Shown here one piece after another: positions 11,883 to 25,495 of a stretch of 64,000 nt of DNA (positions are counted from its first letter, which is position 1; the number at the start of each line of letters is the position of its first letter). This DNA is from Felis catus (taxonomy: Eukaryota). The notes beneath the pieces are model-generated. The model made no database searches. It was not told the origin of the DNA and saw only the letters and a list, made by a program, of their open reading frames with translations. The stretch lies in the NCBI RefSeq assembly GCF_018350175.1, contig NC_058368.1:94552001-94616000 (forward strand). Direction: 5' to 3'. A program made the translations under genes and the position numbers.

Positions 11883-14225
11883 TTAATGTTTATTTATTTA
11901 CTTTGAAAGAGAGAGAGAGAGAGAGAGAGAGAGACAGTGTGTGTGCACGGGAGTGGGGAAGGGCAGAGGAAGAGAAATAGAATCTTAAGCAGGCTTCATG
12001 TGCAGTGTGGAGCCGGACGCGGGGCTCCATCCCATGACTGTCGGATTATGTGAGATCGTGAACTGATCCGAAATCAAGAGTCAGCCACTAACCCCCTGAG
12101 TCACCCAGGCGCCCCTGGAATGTGCTTTCTTAACATTCAAGTATGTATATCTTTCTTCCTGTTAACAAATACATTTCCACAGCATCATTTTAAGGGCTAC
12201 ATTGTATTACATAATTTTGTTTAATAAAGAAGTCATTAAATTTTTGCTCTCCCAACCTAGCAACTCTATAATCTAGCAATTAAAACAAGATGCTAAATTT
12301 TTGCAAAGAGCTTTATGTTTCCTTAGAAGAAGTCCCTCAGAGTTAATTGCTGGGTCAAAGATGCCTCTGTAAAGATTTTTTACACACCAACTGTCTATAG
12401 TTTTTTTAAGGCATGATGGGAAGTCACTTCTAGAAGACAGAACAACAGAAACAAATTGAGGTACAGCAAATACAAAATGTGTCCTGAGATTGGGAAGTAG
12501 TTCATGAAGAAACAAATGTTACTATGACATTAGTAAATGAAAATAGCACAGCAATATTTACTTAATAGTTATGCTAATAGCAATAGTAAATATACAGTAA
12601 TAGTAGTCAGTGTCATAGTAATAATAGTAAAACAATTCAATCTTTTTTTAAAAAAAATTTAACGTTTATTTATTTTTGAGAGACAGCAACAGAGCACGAG
12701 TGGGGGAGGGGCAGAGAGAGAGAGAGAGAGAGACACGCACACACAGAATCCGAAGCAGGCTCCAGGCTCTGAGCTGTCAGCACAGAGCTCGACACGGGGC
12801 TCGAACCCACAAACCAGGAGATGGTGGGCTGAGTAGAAGTCAGATGCTGAACTAAGCCACCCAGGCGCCCCAAAAAATTCAGTCTTTTTCAAAAGAAAGC
12901 AGTTTGCCTGCACACCATAGAAACTTCTACTGATCTTTGCTCAGGTTAGAAATTGTGTGAAATCAGTTTGACTAGTTTTCCAGAACAGAGATGCTGGAGC
13001 TCTCAAAACTACACACCTCTGCTGACGCTCTTCTCCCTTGCCTCATTCATGTCATCTGCCAGCAGCCACTCTATTGTTGTCTGGGAAAGGCATTTAGTAG
13101 AGTCTATAAATACACAGATGCTATCTCCATGCACTTGTGGCTCAGCCTTACCGTAGCCTGGACAATGCCTCCACCTGCCAGCAGACCCTTCTGAAAGGTG
13201 TAGACTCCCCCTACCTATTGCTCTTGCTTAGAGCAGCTCCATCCACCTGGAATGCCCTTCCCACTGTCTCTCTACCTAGTTTCTCCGTTCTTTTTTCAAA
13301 ATGAACTCAATTGGCACCTCTTCTTGGGAGCCCTCCTTGATATCCCTTTCCAGGGAAAGCCACTAGTCTCTCTACCCCATCCCCTAGCCCTGGCAGTGTC
13401 CTGAGCAATTATGATGCATATGTTGTATCTGTTTGATTTACGTATCCCCTTCTAGACTTAGGAGCTCTTTAGAGAGAGAACCATGTGTTACTTGTTATCT
13501 TTCACACAGTTCCTGGAAGGTAACAGGGATGTAATCAATGCCTGCTGAGTGAATGGTTGGAAAAGCAGATGCCCCTGGACGCCTCTGGAGCTGGAGCCAC
13601 GGCTCCTGGCTCGGGTTATCAGCTCCATGCACCATCGGACTTGCATGGAGATTCCCCGCTAGGAAGTCTGCCTTTTCAAAAGTACAACTCATTACAGTTG
13701 CATAGTGTAAAAGCACCTTAATCAAACACTAGCCACAGTGAACCCACAGCAACAGTGCCCAGACAATGAAGATTATTCTCAGTTGGATTCTTTCATTACA
13801 CTGTTAATAAGCCCAGCGCGAGCTTGTCCAGTAGCCGACGAGGACGCTAACACATTTAGGAAGATAAAACTAGAAACTTACCTACCGCAGATTTCCTCCC
13901 TAGATGCTTACCGCTCTCGGAGCCAGTGACTTTTTGATTATTTCATAAGCAACACCTTACACCATGCTGAATTTATTGAAATTGTTTGGCTACAAGTAAC
14001 AGATTGTCTCAGATCTCTGTCTTCCTTTTTTTTTTATTGTTTATTTATTTATTTTGAGAGAGAGAAAGAGGGTGGGGGGGGGGCGGTGGGCAGAGAGAAA
14101 AAGGAAGAGAGTATCCCAAGCAGGTACAGTGCTGTCAGCACAGAACCCAACACAGGGCTCGAACTCATGAAACCGTGAGATCATGACCTGAGCTGAAATC
14201 AAGAGCCAGTCACCCAGGCACCCAC
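11883..14225 (-). mobile_element. Three separate antisense Can-SINEs (11883-12115, 12650-12871, 14030-14225)
   Basis: Each shows a T-tail, (GA)n and a cacccaggc head. Confidence 0.85.
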
Positions 14226-15350
14226 AGATCCCTTTCTTTCCTACATGAAGGGTAGTATACTTCCTTACCCGGAGAGTAGATATTCTATCACACTCTGTTA
14301 TTTTCATTAAATAGTACAGTCTATAGATCACTCTATATCGCATCATAGGGATCTTTCCTACTCTCTTCTCATGTTTATGGTACACATGGATATACCATAC
14401 TTTATCCAACCACGTGCCCATATATGGGCATTCCAATATTTTGCAATAATAAGTGTTATCACGATAAATAAGCTTATAGAGCCATGTTCCCTGTATAGTC
14501 CAGCGTATGTTACACATTAATATTCAACTAGCTACAAACTGATAAAATAAGTTAATACAGCTCTCCAACCCAAAGATTTTTACTCTCCAGGAATTAGTAA
14601 GTGAACCGAAGAGTGTTTTAGTACGTGAATCCTTCACTTGAAAAAGCAACCAATTTTGAATATTGTCCAGAAAACCTGAAGACATCTGAAGATGAAAGAA
14701 ATCATAGTTTCTTAGCAAAAGCCATGTAGAGAATGCAGTACATTCAGGAATAGCAAATTTAGTGAGGTATTATTAATTTTTATTCCATCTTTTAAGATTA
14801 AATTTTAATCTTTGTGAAAACATGATGTAAAACTCTTCTGAAGGTTTGCCAGTTAAACCATGAGTTTGAACAGCTAATAGATTTTGCTTGAGAAAATTGG
14901 AAATAGGACAGGATAATTATTTTGTATGATTTATTTTCTTTTTTCAATTGAAGCAATAAGAGGAAGTAATAATTTTCAATCCCCTGGCGCACTGTTCTTT
15001 CTTAGCACTTTAATTTTTTTTCTTTTAAAGTTTTCAGTTGGAACTTTTGGTTGGTGAAAATCCTCATTCTTTAGACGGCTTTCCTCCATCTGGTTTTAAG
15101 AGGATTCCTGTCCTTGCGTTTGGCCCTTGATGTGATCATACCTTCTGTGTTCATCTTGTGTGGTAAAATCAGGGACGAGTACCTTTTCCTGTGGAATGTG
15201 TAAGAACAGAGCCAAATGCTGGCCAAAGAATGTATATTTGTAAGATGTGATTGTGGGAAAGCCTGGTGGGATTTTTAGCTGCTTTGAGGTTTTTGGATCT
15301 TTCATCAGCGAGACGGGATTGGCAATCCTTAAATGGCAAGATGGCAACAT

Positions 15351-15962
15351 TTTTATATGCAAAATTTCCTGTGTGATCTCAAAAATATAGCAGTTGCTTA
15401 GCGGATATAAAGTTTAGATCAAATATACTTAATTCTGGCACCACCGTAAAGTATTGTATCGTTGCCAGATGGACTGCAAGCTCTTATAACTGAAGATTTT
15501 GTTTCTTTTCCCTTGTTCTTTGTAGCAAAAGTAATTAGGAGGAAAATGGTGGGTTTTTTACCCTCTAATTCACAAATGAACGGGGCGGGTATGAACCTAC
15601 CAGTGAAGCGGTTTTAATGACTCACAGCACAATATCAGAGTCCTGGTGGCAGAGGACAATCGTTAGAGGGCTGTAATTTAGAGATTAATATATACCATAG
15701 GCACGACTTGTAAACATGACCTGGCTTTCTCTTGGGACCACACAATTTTTTCCCTAAATGGTTTTTAGCTTAAATGTATATACGTTTAAATTTTGATATG
15801 CAAGGTTTACTGTGTAATCTGAAAGATACAGCAGTTTGCTTAAAGGATGTAAAGTTTAAATCAGATATACTTAATCCTGGCACAACCTTAAGGTTTTGTA
15901 GCATTGCCAGATGGGTTATAAGCTTTTCTAAGTGAAGATTTTGTTTCCTCTCCTTGTTCTTT
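15351..15962 (+). repeat. Diverged direct duplication of about 170 bp (15351-15521 and 15791-15962)
   Basis: Manual alignment gives about 31 differences in about 171 positions (about 80% identity). Confidence 0.85.
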
Positions 15963-15964
15963 TT

Positions 15965-16400
15965 AATAACACTATATATATACTTTATATATATATATAT
16001 ACTGTACTATGTATACTGTAATATATACTATATAAATAACAATGTATAGATAATATATAATATATACAAATTATACATAATATGAATAATATATAAAATA
16101 TGATTATCATATTATATTACAAGATGTTATAATACATGAATATATGAATCATAATATATCACATAATGTAAATGATGCAAATAATAAAAATAAGAATATA
16201 TAAATAATATATAATTTTACAGGTAATATAATACTATAATATTAATGTAGTCATACATTACATAATATAATTATAAATTGTATGATAAAATAATTACAAA
16301 TTATATAATAGTATAGTTATAAATTACATAATAATACAATATAAACTATACTTTATAGATACTATATATGTGTGTGTGTGTATATATAAAGTATCTCTAC
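15965..16400. repeat. AT-rich low-complexity / degenerate (TA)n tract
   Basis: Almost exclusively A/T with TATA/ATAAT periodicity. Confidence 0.9.
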
Positions 16401-17246
16401 TTTAGAGATACTATGTGGGGGTGTGTATGCTGTTTACACTGAAATATAAATACAGCCTGGGAGCAACTGGGGTTAACATTTGTTGAACATTTGCAGTCAA
16501 CATAGGAGACTCAATAGTAAAGTCAAAACTTAAGCTTGAGACTCACTGCTTCGGGGCAATGGGAGATGGTGAGCACATTTACCTTCATTCCCTGATGTCG
16601 TATGATTTTAGAACAGGGTCTCGGTGGAAGAGAAAGTCAAGGATCACTCTCCACCCCTGACACCCACCCCTCTTCCCATTTGCCACCTCTGCTCCTCTCC
16701 ACCATTATTAAAAAAGCGTTCAACTGTAGGAGGACCTTAGAGGCCTTGTGTCTTTTTCCCTGGAGGGCTCTACGGTTTCTCAGCAAAACAAAGGAAACAA
16801 GGAAGAACATTTTCTCTTGTTTCCACTATTCCTTCCTTCTTTTTCATCCAACTGAAAGGTATGTGCTCTTTCTCTTTAACCCCCATCGCTGGGCTTGATG
16901 AGTTGACTCTCCTTAGGAAGGAGAGAGCGAGGGAGAGTGGGAGGTCAGTCATTTCAAGGATGCTCCTTTTCTGAGGATGCACGTAAACTTGATTCCCTCT
17001 GAGGCTGGTAGAGAGAGACAAGGCTAAAGCAGGCCACCAGATATTGACTCTGAATAAATATTGCGATACTAATGTGTTGTCGTTCAGAGTGGAAGAAAAT
17101 TGGGGTCCTGTTGTTACAGTGTGGACTGAAATAAAAACGGCAGCAAAGAAATGCATAGAAAAGAAACTTACGGGGGTCTGGAGCGAAGAACCTCCATCCC
17201 TAAAAGGTGGGATGAGTAGTTGGAAGTATATCTATCAGGACAATGC

Positions 17247-17677
17247 TGTGGCAGGGAGGAAGAATTTCCTCTGCCCTTCAAGATTTTTCTCGCTGGACTT
17301 AGAATCAAATCGACAGGAGACAGATTAACAGGAGAAAATCAGATTGAATAGTGTACATACGGGGAATCTACACGGACATGGGCATTTCAAAGACAGTAAG
17401 GCAACAGGACACTTACACGAACTAAGAAGGGGCTGGGAGTCTGAAGATACGAACAGGAGGAAAACTCAGCAGGAAGGTGAAAGGGGATGTTTGAAAAACA
17501 GAGGTGCCCTCTTATGTAGATACGTTTCTTAGGTAAAGGGGAGTCTCTGTTACTGGCTCTCATCCTGGTGCAAGCAGGCAGTTGAGGGGGGAGTGTGTGT
17601 AAAGAGCTTTTCCTGAGTCTGCTGGGTTTTGATTGCGTTTCACTTGCAGTAAGGTTCATGCCAAAGTTCCCCCTACA
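17247..17677 (-). mobile_element. Probable carnivore ERV LTR fragment
   Basis: TG...CA-bounded stretch with LTR-like acaggagacagattaacaggagaaaa signature; no clear TSD. Confidence 0.4.
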
Positions 17678-18799
17678 GCGGAAAATGGCCTAATCTTCTG
17701 GCCTCATTAAAGAGTTGTCTTCCTTTTTTCCTTTCAATCGACGGGGCAGGCTAAACACACAGCTTTCTGTTTTTTGTAGTCTTTGAAATTGCAAGGAAGA
17801 ATGAAAATGTGTAATTCAGGAGATCCAGTTATAACTAAGGTGTGACTGGAGAGGCCCTTGTGGCTGTGGATCTTTAAGTGACCCAGATATGCTTTTCAGG
17901 AGGTTTAGTTACAGAGTGATGCCCGGTTACCACATTCTGGCAATGGCATTAACACCCCTGTGGTCACATTGTCAGTTTCCGGTGACCGTCCCTTCAAATT
18001 ACTTTAAAAGCATGATGTTTGTTTTCACATTATTTTATATTGAGCCACAGAAGGGTGTGTGTATGTGTGTGTGATGTATATTTTATATTGTTTATATATC
18101 TTTATAAGATATATATAGTAGTATACTATATATTTATAAAAATATGTATTTACAGCAATATATATATAAGATATATATAACTAGGATACATACTTATATT
18201 TTGTAAATAAAGTTGTTTCTAAAGTGTCCACATTGTTTATCTAAAAAACACCCCCAAAGGCTTGGATCCAAGTTACTATGAATACTTTTGGACAAATGGC
18301 AGTCGAGGTTTTGTTAGAGGTTATTGTGCAGTTTTGTGGCTTTGAAACCAGCTGACTCAGCTGGGAGGGAGCAGCAGGGGAATGGCTTAATTGATCACCA
18401 GCACAGTGTTTCTCTTTACCAGGGTGTCCCTGGTGGGATCTGCCTCACCTGTCAATTACCTCAGTGACTTATCATTTTTAGCAGGTATGGGAAACTAAGG
18501 CTGGAGACAGAATGAGGTCAAAATAGCTCGAATCTCTACTGAGAGTCGCAGCTTTTAATGAAAACCTTTCGATCCATTCACTACCACACTATGCAATTGA
18601 ATGTTCTCTATGGACGTCTATGTGTGTGTCTTTTCTAAATATTTTCTGAGGAGTGTCTTCCAGATAGTTCTCAGATTACACAGCTTTATCAGCTCCCGAA
18701 TAAAAGCAGAGGTCAACTTTTGGGCTAGAGTATAAACTGAACATTTTTCTTGCTTTGATAATTTGCTAGTGTCATTCGGGATAAAAAGTAGAAAAAATA

Positions 18800-20745
18800 G
18801 GGGCGCCTGAGTGGCTCAGTTGGTTGAGCCTCTGACTTCAGCTCAGGTCATGATGTCGCAGTTTGTGAGTTCGAGCCCCACATGGGATTCTCTGCGGTCA
18901 GCGTAGAGTGTGTTTCAGATCCTCTGTTCCCCTCTCTCTGCCCCTTCCCCCACACTCAAAAATAAATAAACATTGAAAAGAAAAAAGAAAAAAATGTACT
19001 TATTCCACCTTATGCAAGATATAATCAGCCCTTGGGGCACCTGAGTGGCTCAGTCAGTAACGACCTGACTCTTGATCTCAGCTCAGGTCTTGATCTTAGG
19101 GTCGTGAGTTCAAGCCCTGTGTTAGCCTCCTCGCTAGGCATGAAGCCTATTTAAAAAACAAAACACAAAAGGATATGATAAGCCCTCAAAAATTCAACTC
19201 TATGGTGCTGGGGGCATCCTAAAAATAAGTGTGAACGATTCAAGTGTGAGCCATTTTCCTGCATTCCCCTCCATGACCAGTGCCCCAGAGTGACCAGGAA
19301 GATGATCTGGACCTGGGCTGCTTCTAGGGTGACATAGTTCCAAGGCCTCCATAGAGCCAGCAACTTGCCAGGAGATGTGATTCTGAGGTTTCAAGGTAAA
19401 CAATTTATCCATGGTGGCTCCTACCCTAAGCCAACTACTTCATTTGATGTTCAATCGAAGAAACAATGATTTATCCTGATGTTGGTGAAATGTCTGGCTG
19501 TATAGAGCTATTCTCTATGTAGCATTTTCTGAAGGCGTTTTCAAGGTAACTTTGCCTACACGTGACTTTCTTCTTTTTTCTAAGTAATCTGTGCCCCAAA
19601 CATGGGGCTTGAACCCACGACCCTGAGACCAAGAGTTATAGGCTCTACTATCTAAGCCAGCCTGGCACCCCACTGGCTTTCTTCTTTTATGCTGACTTCT
19701 GAATCCCATGCTGAAATCAGATGTGGCTCATGTGCCTCAGGTGGAAGTCTTTTCCCAGCACACCCTTTGAGATGTGAGGGCAAACTTGAGGTTATCTAAA
19801 GTGCATCCTCCCTCAGTCCTTCTCCATACCTTCTTTTGAAAAGGACAATAACATCCCCTCCCTCTGCAATGTCCTGTGTAGAAATGGTGGTCATCATTAA
19901 AACAAATACATATTTTTAAGTTTATTTATTTATTTTGAGAGAGAGAGAGAGAGAGAGAGAAAGTGTGCATGAGTAGAGGAGGGGCAGAGAAAGAGCATCC
20001 CAAGCAGGTTCCACGCTGTCAGCATGGAACCCAACAAGAGGCTTGATCTTGAGGTTCTCGAGACCATGCCCCAAGCCGAAATCAAGAGTCAGAGGCTTGA
20101 CCAATGGAGCCACCCAGGTGCCCATAAAACAAATCTTAAAGCTGTGTAACATCCTGAGAAAAGCTTAGTTTTGGGGGCCAAAGAGATCTGGGTTTCAGAC
20201 TCATGTAGCCTACTTGTACCTGTGGGGCCAAAAGGATCTTTCTGGGCCTCAGTTTGGTCATCTGAAAGATAGACGTAACATCTAGTTCACAGTTGTGGAA
20301 TTGAATGAAGTAGTCTGAGTGCCTGGCTCTTAGTAGGTCTCTAATAATTGGCATCCACTAGCCTAATCAGGGGTTACGTATCGAGCAGTAGGCGCTAGGT
20401 AAAGAAAGGTGTAAGACCACTTCCAGAGCTGAAGACCCAGTAGAACTCCAGTTTTCTCAAGGTCCTCGATCACAGTGAATTAGAGCTTATGCCAGCATGC
20501 CTATCAGTGAACTGCCTTCTCCAGGAAGACCGTCTTGCTATGAAGAAAAATGTCTGCTAAACTACCCAGTGTTCTGGGGGCACGCCTGGGTGGCTCGGTC
20601 TGTTCAGCATCCAACTCTTGATTTTAGCTCGGGTCATGATCTCACAGTTTGTGAGTTCGATCCCTGCATTGGACTCTGCACTCGTGGACCGTGCAGAGCC
20701 TGCTTGGGATTCTCTGTCTCCCTCTCTCTCTCATTTAAAAATAAA
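18800..20745. mobile_element. Can-SINE cluster (18800+, 19034+, 19575-, 19912-, 20576+)
   Basis: Recognisable heads and tails. Confidence 0.85.
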
Positions 20746-21071
20746 TTGAGTCAGTTGATTTTCATTCGGGCTCAAAGCCCCATCCTTGGCCACACCTGGA
20801 GGACCCCTGCTCTGGGAGTCTCTGCTCCCTTGGGAGCCTCTTCTTTTTGAGCTAGATCATATTTGGGGTCTTTCATATGCAATTTGATGTAATGTGAGGA
20901 CTGAACACAGAGTTTGTTAAATCGATGTTCTCTTTGCGTTCCATTCAGTGCGATAGCCTAGGACATACCACATTGCTTCCAGCCCTATGAGCCTCTTCTA
21001 CAGCCTGGAGGTGTTGTTTTTCAACTCCAGGATCAGCAGAGGTGGTGGCAGTGGGTCTTCCCGCCTCTGTG

Positions 21072-21706
21072 CAAGGGTTTTAGATCTGATTTTTGTGTCC
21101 TGGACCCCTTTCGGCCAACGGGGTTAGATCTATGGACAATTTCCAGAATGTTCGTTTGTTTAGGATGAATTTTTATGTTTTTTTTAAATTATATTTAAAA
21201 ATTTTGTTGTTATTGTTATTTACATAATCTCAACATCCAGCATGGTGCTCGAACTCACAACCCCAAGATCAAGAGTACCATGTTCCTCTGACTGAGCCAG
21301 CCAGGTGCCCCTAGAATGATGTTTTTAATCATATGAAATAAGATCTGTGAGGTTACAAAGGAAAGCAATTACACTGAAAGACACTTATCAAAATGTTAAA
21401 AACAATTTGTGATAGCAGTATATGTGTTTCATTATTCACCTATCAAATACATTCTAGCAGTGGGCCAAGAACTACCATCATTTTAAAGAAGGGGTAAGTG
21501 TAAATAACATTTTGACGGGTCGACAGCAATTTTAACGGGTGATGAAAACATCTGTGTTTTCAGTGGCAAGAAAGTCACAGGACTGCTAACACTATTATTA
21601 TTTGTTGGTTGCGTTGTAATAGAAGGAAATGCCAGAATTTCAGTTAGAGGTTAGTGGGAATAAATATGTACTGTATTCTTTACTCATGCAAGGTCAAGAG
21701 CCCCTG
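21072..21706 (+). mobile_element. hAT-Charlie DNA transposon fossil (Charlie4a-like), split by a SINE at about 21180-21311
   Basis: Motifs tggacccctt, ctatggac, ttacaaaggaaagcaattacactgaaa and cagttagaggttagtg; terminal agagcccctg. Confidence 0.65.
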
Positions 21707-22692
21707 CCTTGGGAAAAACCAAGCAGGGGGGAAAAAAGGGGGAATTCTGAACACTTTTATTACTTTTCCTGGGACAGATATTTTGGGCTTATAATAGAAT
21801 CCAATTAAACTTCAGTCCCCAGGGATATTGTATCATAATTTCCTTTTGCTTTATTTGTAATATGAAGAAGCAAGTCCCCCTATGCCCACCCCCAATCTAT
21901 TTGTGGAAAAGTGTATTTCACAAAGCACTTAAATAAAAGGCTCTCAGGCAGAGGATTTACATAAGATATTCATTTCTCTCATTGCGGTTACACGGATGCC
22001 TTTTCAGGAAAAATTCTAGCTTGCAAGGATAATCATGAGCTCGTATTTATTCCCATGAGGAGGAAAACTTGTTACATGAAGAGGGTAGAGGGTTTAGGGT
22101 CCCTTGGTGGGGGACCTCCCTTTTGGGGAGGAGAGATTTTCTTCAGGAAGCACCAAAGAGATCCCAAGCCTGCAGGGAATAGAGAGGTCAGGGGAGGTTT
22201 CTGGAGCCTTTTTGGAGCAGAGACCAGAGTTCAAAGGTCAAGTGCCAAGTTAGGGGGAGGTGAGAGGTGTGTTTGTTACTGGGAATGGTGAGATCAGGCA
22301 GGCTCAGCCCTGAATGGGGGTGTGCAGGGAGTCGAGTGTAGACATGGGTGATTTGGGGGTGGTTGGGACCGACCTTCTCTGCTATGGTGGGCTTGTGGGG
22401 TGTTATTGTGGGAACTCATCAAAGTCTTATAATAGGAATGAGATAAAGAAATATCGGATTTAGGAAAATATTATCACAACCACAATGGTTTGGATGAATT
22501 GAGGGTGGGTAGAAAATAGACAGTAGTTTTAGGATCAGATGGCAAGACTGGTTGGAGAAAACTAACACCTACTTCTTGTTGTTGTTTAAGGGGAGTTTAA
22601 GGGGATGATTCACCTGCAGGGCTCATTAATTATACAGATTACCAGGATTCTGCTTTGCAAATTGCAAGCCCAGTAGGTCTGGAATTTGAAAG

Positions 22693-23679
22693 TGTAACTG
22701 GGGGCCAGGGGTGCAAGAGCCAAACAGATGAGGTTCTGCTGCTCACGGCTCACAAAATCCAAAGGCAGAGAGAGGAGGGATAGTGAACCAGGAATTTATT
22801 TCAGCAAGGCCAACACCGGAAAGATCTCAAAGATTGTCTCCAAAGTGCTAGAAATACTTGTAGGTTTATATAAGGGAAATGTGGGACAGAGGTGGGTGGG
22901 TCTCCACAGGTGGGCAGTGCAGGTCAGGTGTATCTTTGTCTTGGGATCAGTCACTTGGGGTCTTGCTGGCTCAGGCCAGACCTAATTGCTTGAGCCGGTA
23001 GTTGGGTTCCCGTAGGGGCTGCTTTGCTCTCAGGGTCTTTTGCCAGAGTTAAGAGGTAAGCTGCAGATTTCACTCACATGTGGAATTTAAGAAATAAAAC
23101 AGATGAACATAAGGGAGGGAAAAAAGGAGAGAGAGAGAGAGAGAGAGAGAGAAGCAAACCCTAAGAGAGTCTTAACTATACAGAACAAACTGGGGGTTGA
23201 TGGAGGAATGGGGGGGGGATGGGCTAAATGGGTGACGGCCACTAAGGACGATACTTGTTGGGATGAGCACTGGGTGTTATATATAAGTGATGAATCACTA
23301 AATTCTACTCCTGAAACCAATACTACACTATATGTTAACGAACTGGAGTTTAAACAAAAATTTGAGAGGTGCCTGGTGGCTTCGTTGGCTAAGGGTCCAA
23401 CTTCGGCTCAGGTCATGATCTCACAGTTTGTGAGTTCAAGCCTGGTGTCGGGCTCTGTGCTAACAGCTCGGAGCCTGGAGCCTGCTTCAGATGCTGTGAC
23501 TCCCTGTCTCCTCTGTCTCTCCCTTGTTTGTGCACTCTCTCTCTCTCTCTCAAAAATAAATACACATTAAAACAATTTTTTTAAATAAAACTTTGCAAAA
23601 AAAGATAAGCTGGAAAGATCTTAATTAGGAAGTAGACATGGAGGTCAGAATGGAAGTGGTTCTAAGTCCTCCTTCTTCA
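22693..23679 (-). mobile_element. ERV LTR interrupted by an L1 3' end (about 23065-23365, +) and a SINE (23366-23590, +)
   Basis: TG start; minus-strand AATAAA (tttatt about 22795) and TATA-like (tttatataa about 22865). The nested carnivore L1 terminus reads gatttcactcacatgtggaatttaagaaa...tatgttaacgaactggagtttaaa. Confidence 0.55.
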
Positions 23680-23787
23680 GGAAATTTACAATTTTTAAAA
23701 TAGCTCCGTGTGATTTTAACTTCAGATGAATTGGAAAATACTCCGCATGAGTGTTTGGCTGATCACAAGTGACACTGCATGTGAGAC

Positions 23788-24322
23788 TGTCAAAGGAAAA
23801 ATTGCACGGGACACAAGTAAACAGGCAAGACTTGGTTCAAGACCGTGATGACAGGGGAGAGAAGCCAGAACTCAGTGTGAACTCAGCGTGACCCAAAAGG
23901 CAGAAGGAAACAACTGGAGGGCTTGACAGAGGCTGATCCAGGAGATGTGTCGAGCACCTTGAGTTTGCAAATGGTTTTCTCCGTGATTAAGCCACCTGTG
24001 TTTGCTAATTGGCACCCACCAATTAGCAAGTTAGGCTCTACCTTCCCACAGAGACTGGCAAACGCAAACACAGGTGCCATCTTCCTGGCTGATTGCATTT
24101 CAAAGGGATGCCTCCTAATCTTTGAGCAAGACATTCTTGGGTTGTAAAACTGGCTGGAGGCTCCGAGAAGATTTGCATGTCAATGGGACAGAGAAAGAAT
24201 TTATAACGATGAGTTTTCTGAAGTAAAAACTCTGGGAAAAAGGAGGTCAGTTTCAAGAGTCAGGAAGAAGCCTGGGCTGGGGTTTCGTCAAGCTGACGCA
24301 AAGGTTAAAGCTGTCCTGGTCA
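23788..24322 (-). mobile_element. Old ERV1 LTR (MER31/MER67-like)
   Basis: TG...CA ends about 535 bp apart; aaacaggcaagac...aggggagagaagccagaactcagtgtgaactca and agacattcttgggttgtaaaactgg motifs. Confidence 0.55.
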
Positions 24323-24398
24323 AAGGTAAGTACCATTAATACTAAGGCCACTATCTGTAGGGTGGATTTCACCTGATAGAGAATGAAAAGGAAAATCA

Positions 24399-24613
24399 GG
24401 GCGCCTGGGTGGCTCAGTCGGTTAAGCGTCCGACTTCAGCTCAGGTCACGATCTCGAGGTCCGTGAGTTCGAGCCCCGCGTCGGGCTCTGGGCTGATGGC
24501 TCAGAGCCTGGAGCCTGCTTCCGATTCTGTGTCTCCCTCTCTCTCTGCCCCTCCCCCGTTCATGCTCTGTCTCTCTCTGTCCCAAAAATAAATAAACGTT
24601 AAAAAAAAGAAAA
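24399..24613 (+). mobile_element. Young SINEC_Fc with intact TSD
   Basis: CpG-rich and near consensus; TSD gaaaaggaaaatca at 24385-24398 and 24614-24627. Confidence 0.95.
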
Positions 24614-25325
24614 GAAAAGGAAAATCAATTGTTAGGGAAAGAAAACTCAACTTCCTGACCTACTATGGGGAACTGGAGAGTGCAGGATACAGAAGAGTGG
24701 ATGGTCTATGACTTAGACCTGGGAGAATGCAGATACGCTGATAGATCCAGCTGGCAAGCAGCAAGCCTGTGGTGCCAAACGCCCCCAGGGACCTTGGTAA
24801 AGCATAAGTCAGGCTTCTTCGGTAGAAACAGCACCCCTGTAGACAGTCCCAGCGGTGGATGAGAGGTAAGACAACCCGCAGGGCTGTGGGAGCCGCCTCT
24901 GGAGCTTGGTCCTTTCTGAGAGAGAACACTGCAGAGCAGCCTGAGATATGCAATTTGCGATTAGCATCCCATGTTGACCTCACCTAAGTCACGCATCCAT
25001 AAACGGCACCCTGTGTATACAACCAAGTATTTCACAGCAAATTGCAGGCATGTTAGCAGCTGGGTTTTATGGACACCGGATGCCTTCCCTTTTGCCCATA
25101 TTGTACTAGAAATGTGTCAGGAAACTTGAGTGAGGAAGCCAGGGCTTTTAGAGCACCCTGAGGAACTATCTGCGCAAAGAGGTGACACTGAACCCACAAA
25201 AGCGGATGGGATTTTCACAATGTTACTGGGGACATATGACATTCACGTGTCTTACTTTTTGTCAAGGGATTACGTGTAATGGGGGGAAAATGGGGGTCTA
25301 AGAATGCAGACTCTTAAAGAGAAGT

Positions 25326-25451
25326 GGGGTGCCTGGGTGGCTCATTGGGTTTAGCATCCGACTCTTGGTTTTGGCTCAGGTCGTGATCTCACGGTTCCTG
25401 AGTTCGAGCCCCGCATCAGGCTCTGTGCTGACAGCAAGGAGCCTGCTTGAG

Positions 25452-25495
<44 letters not shown>

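Noticed and set aside
1..15000. 3' exons of LVRN (laeverin), the upstream neighbour of ARL14EPL in human and mouse
   Set aside because: I could not find a reading frame resembling the LVRN C-terminus; the gene probably ends before the window. TBLASTN would settle it.
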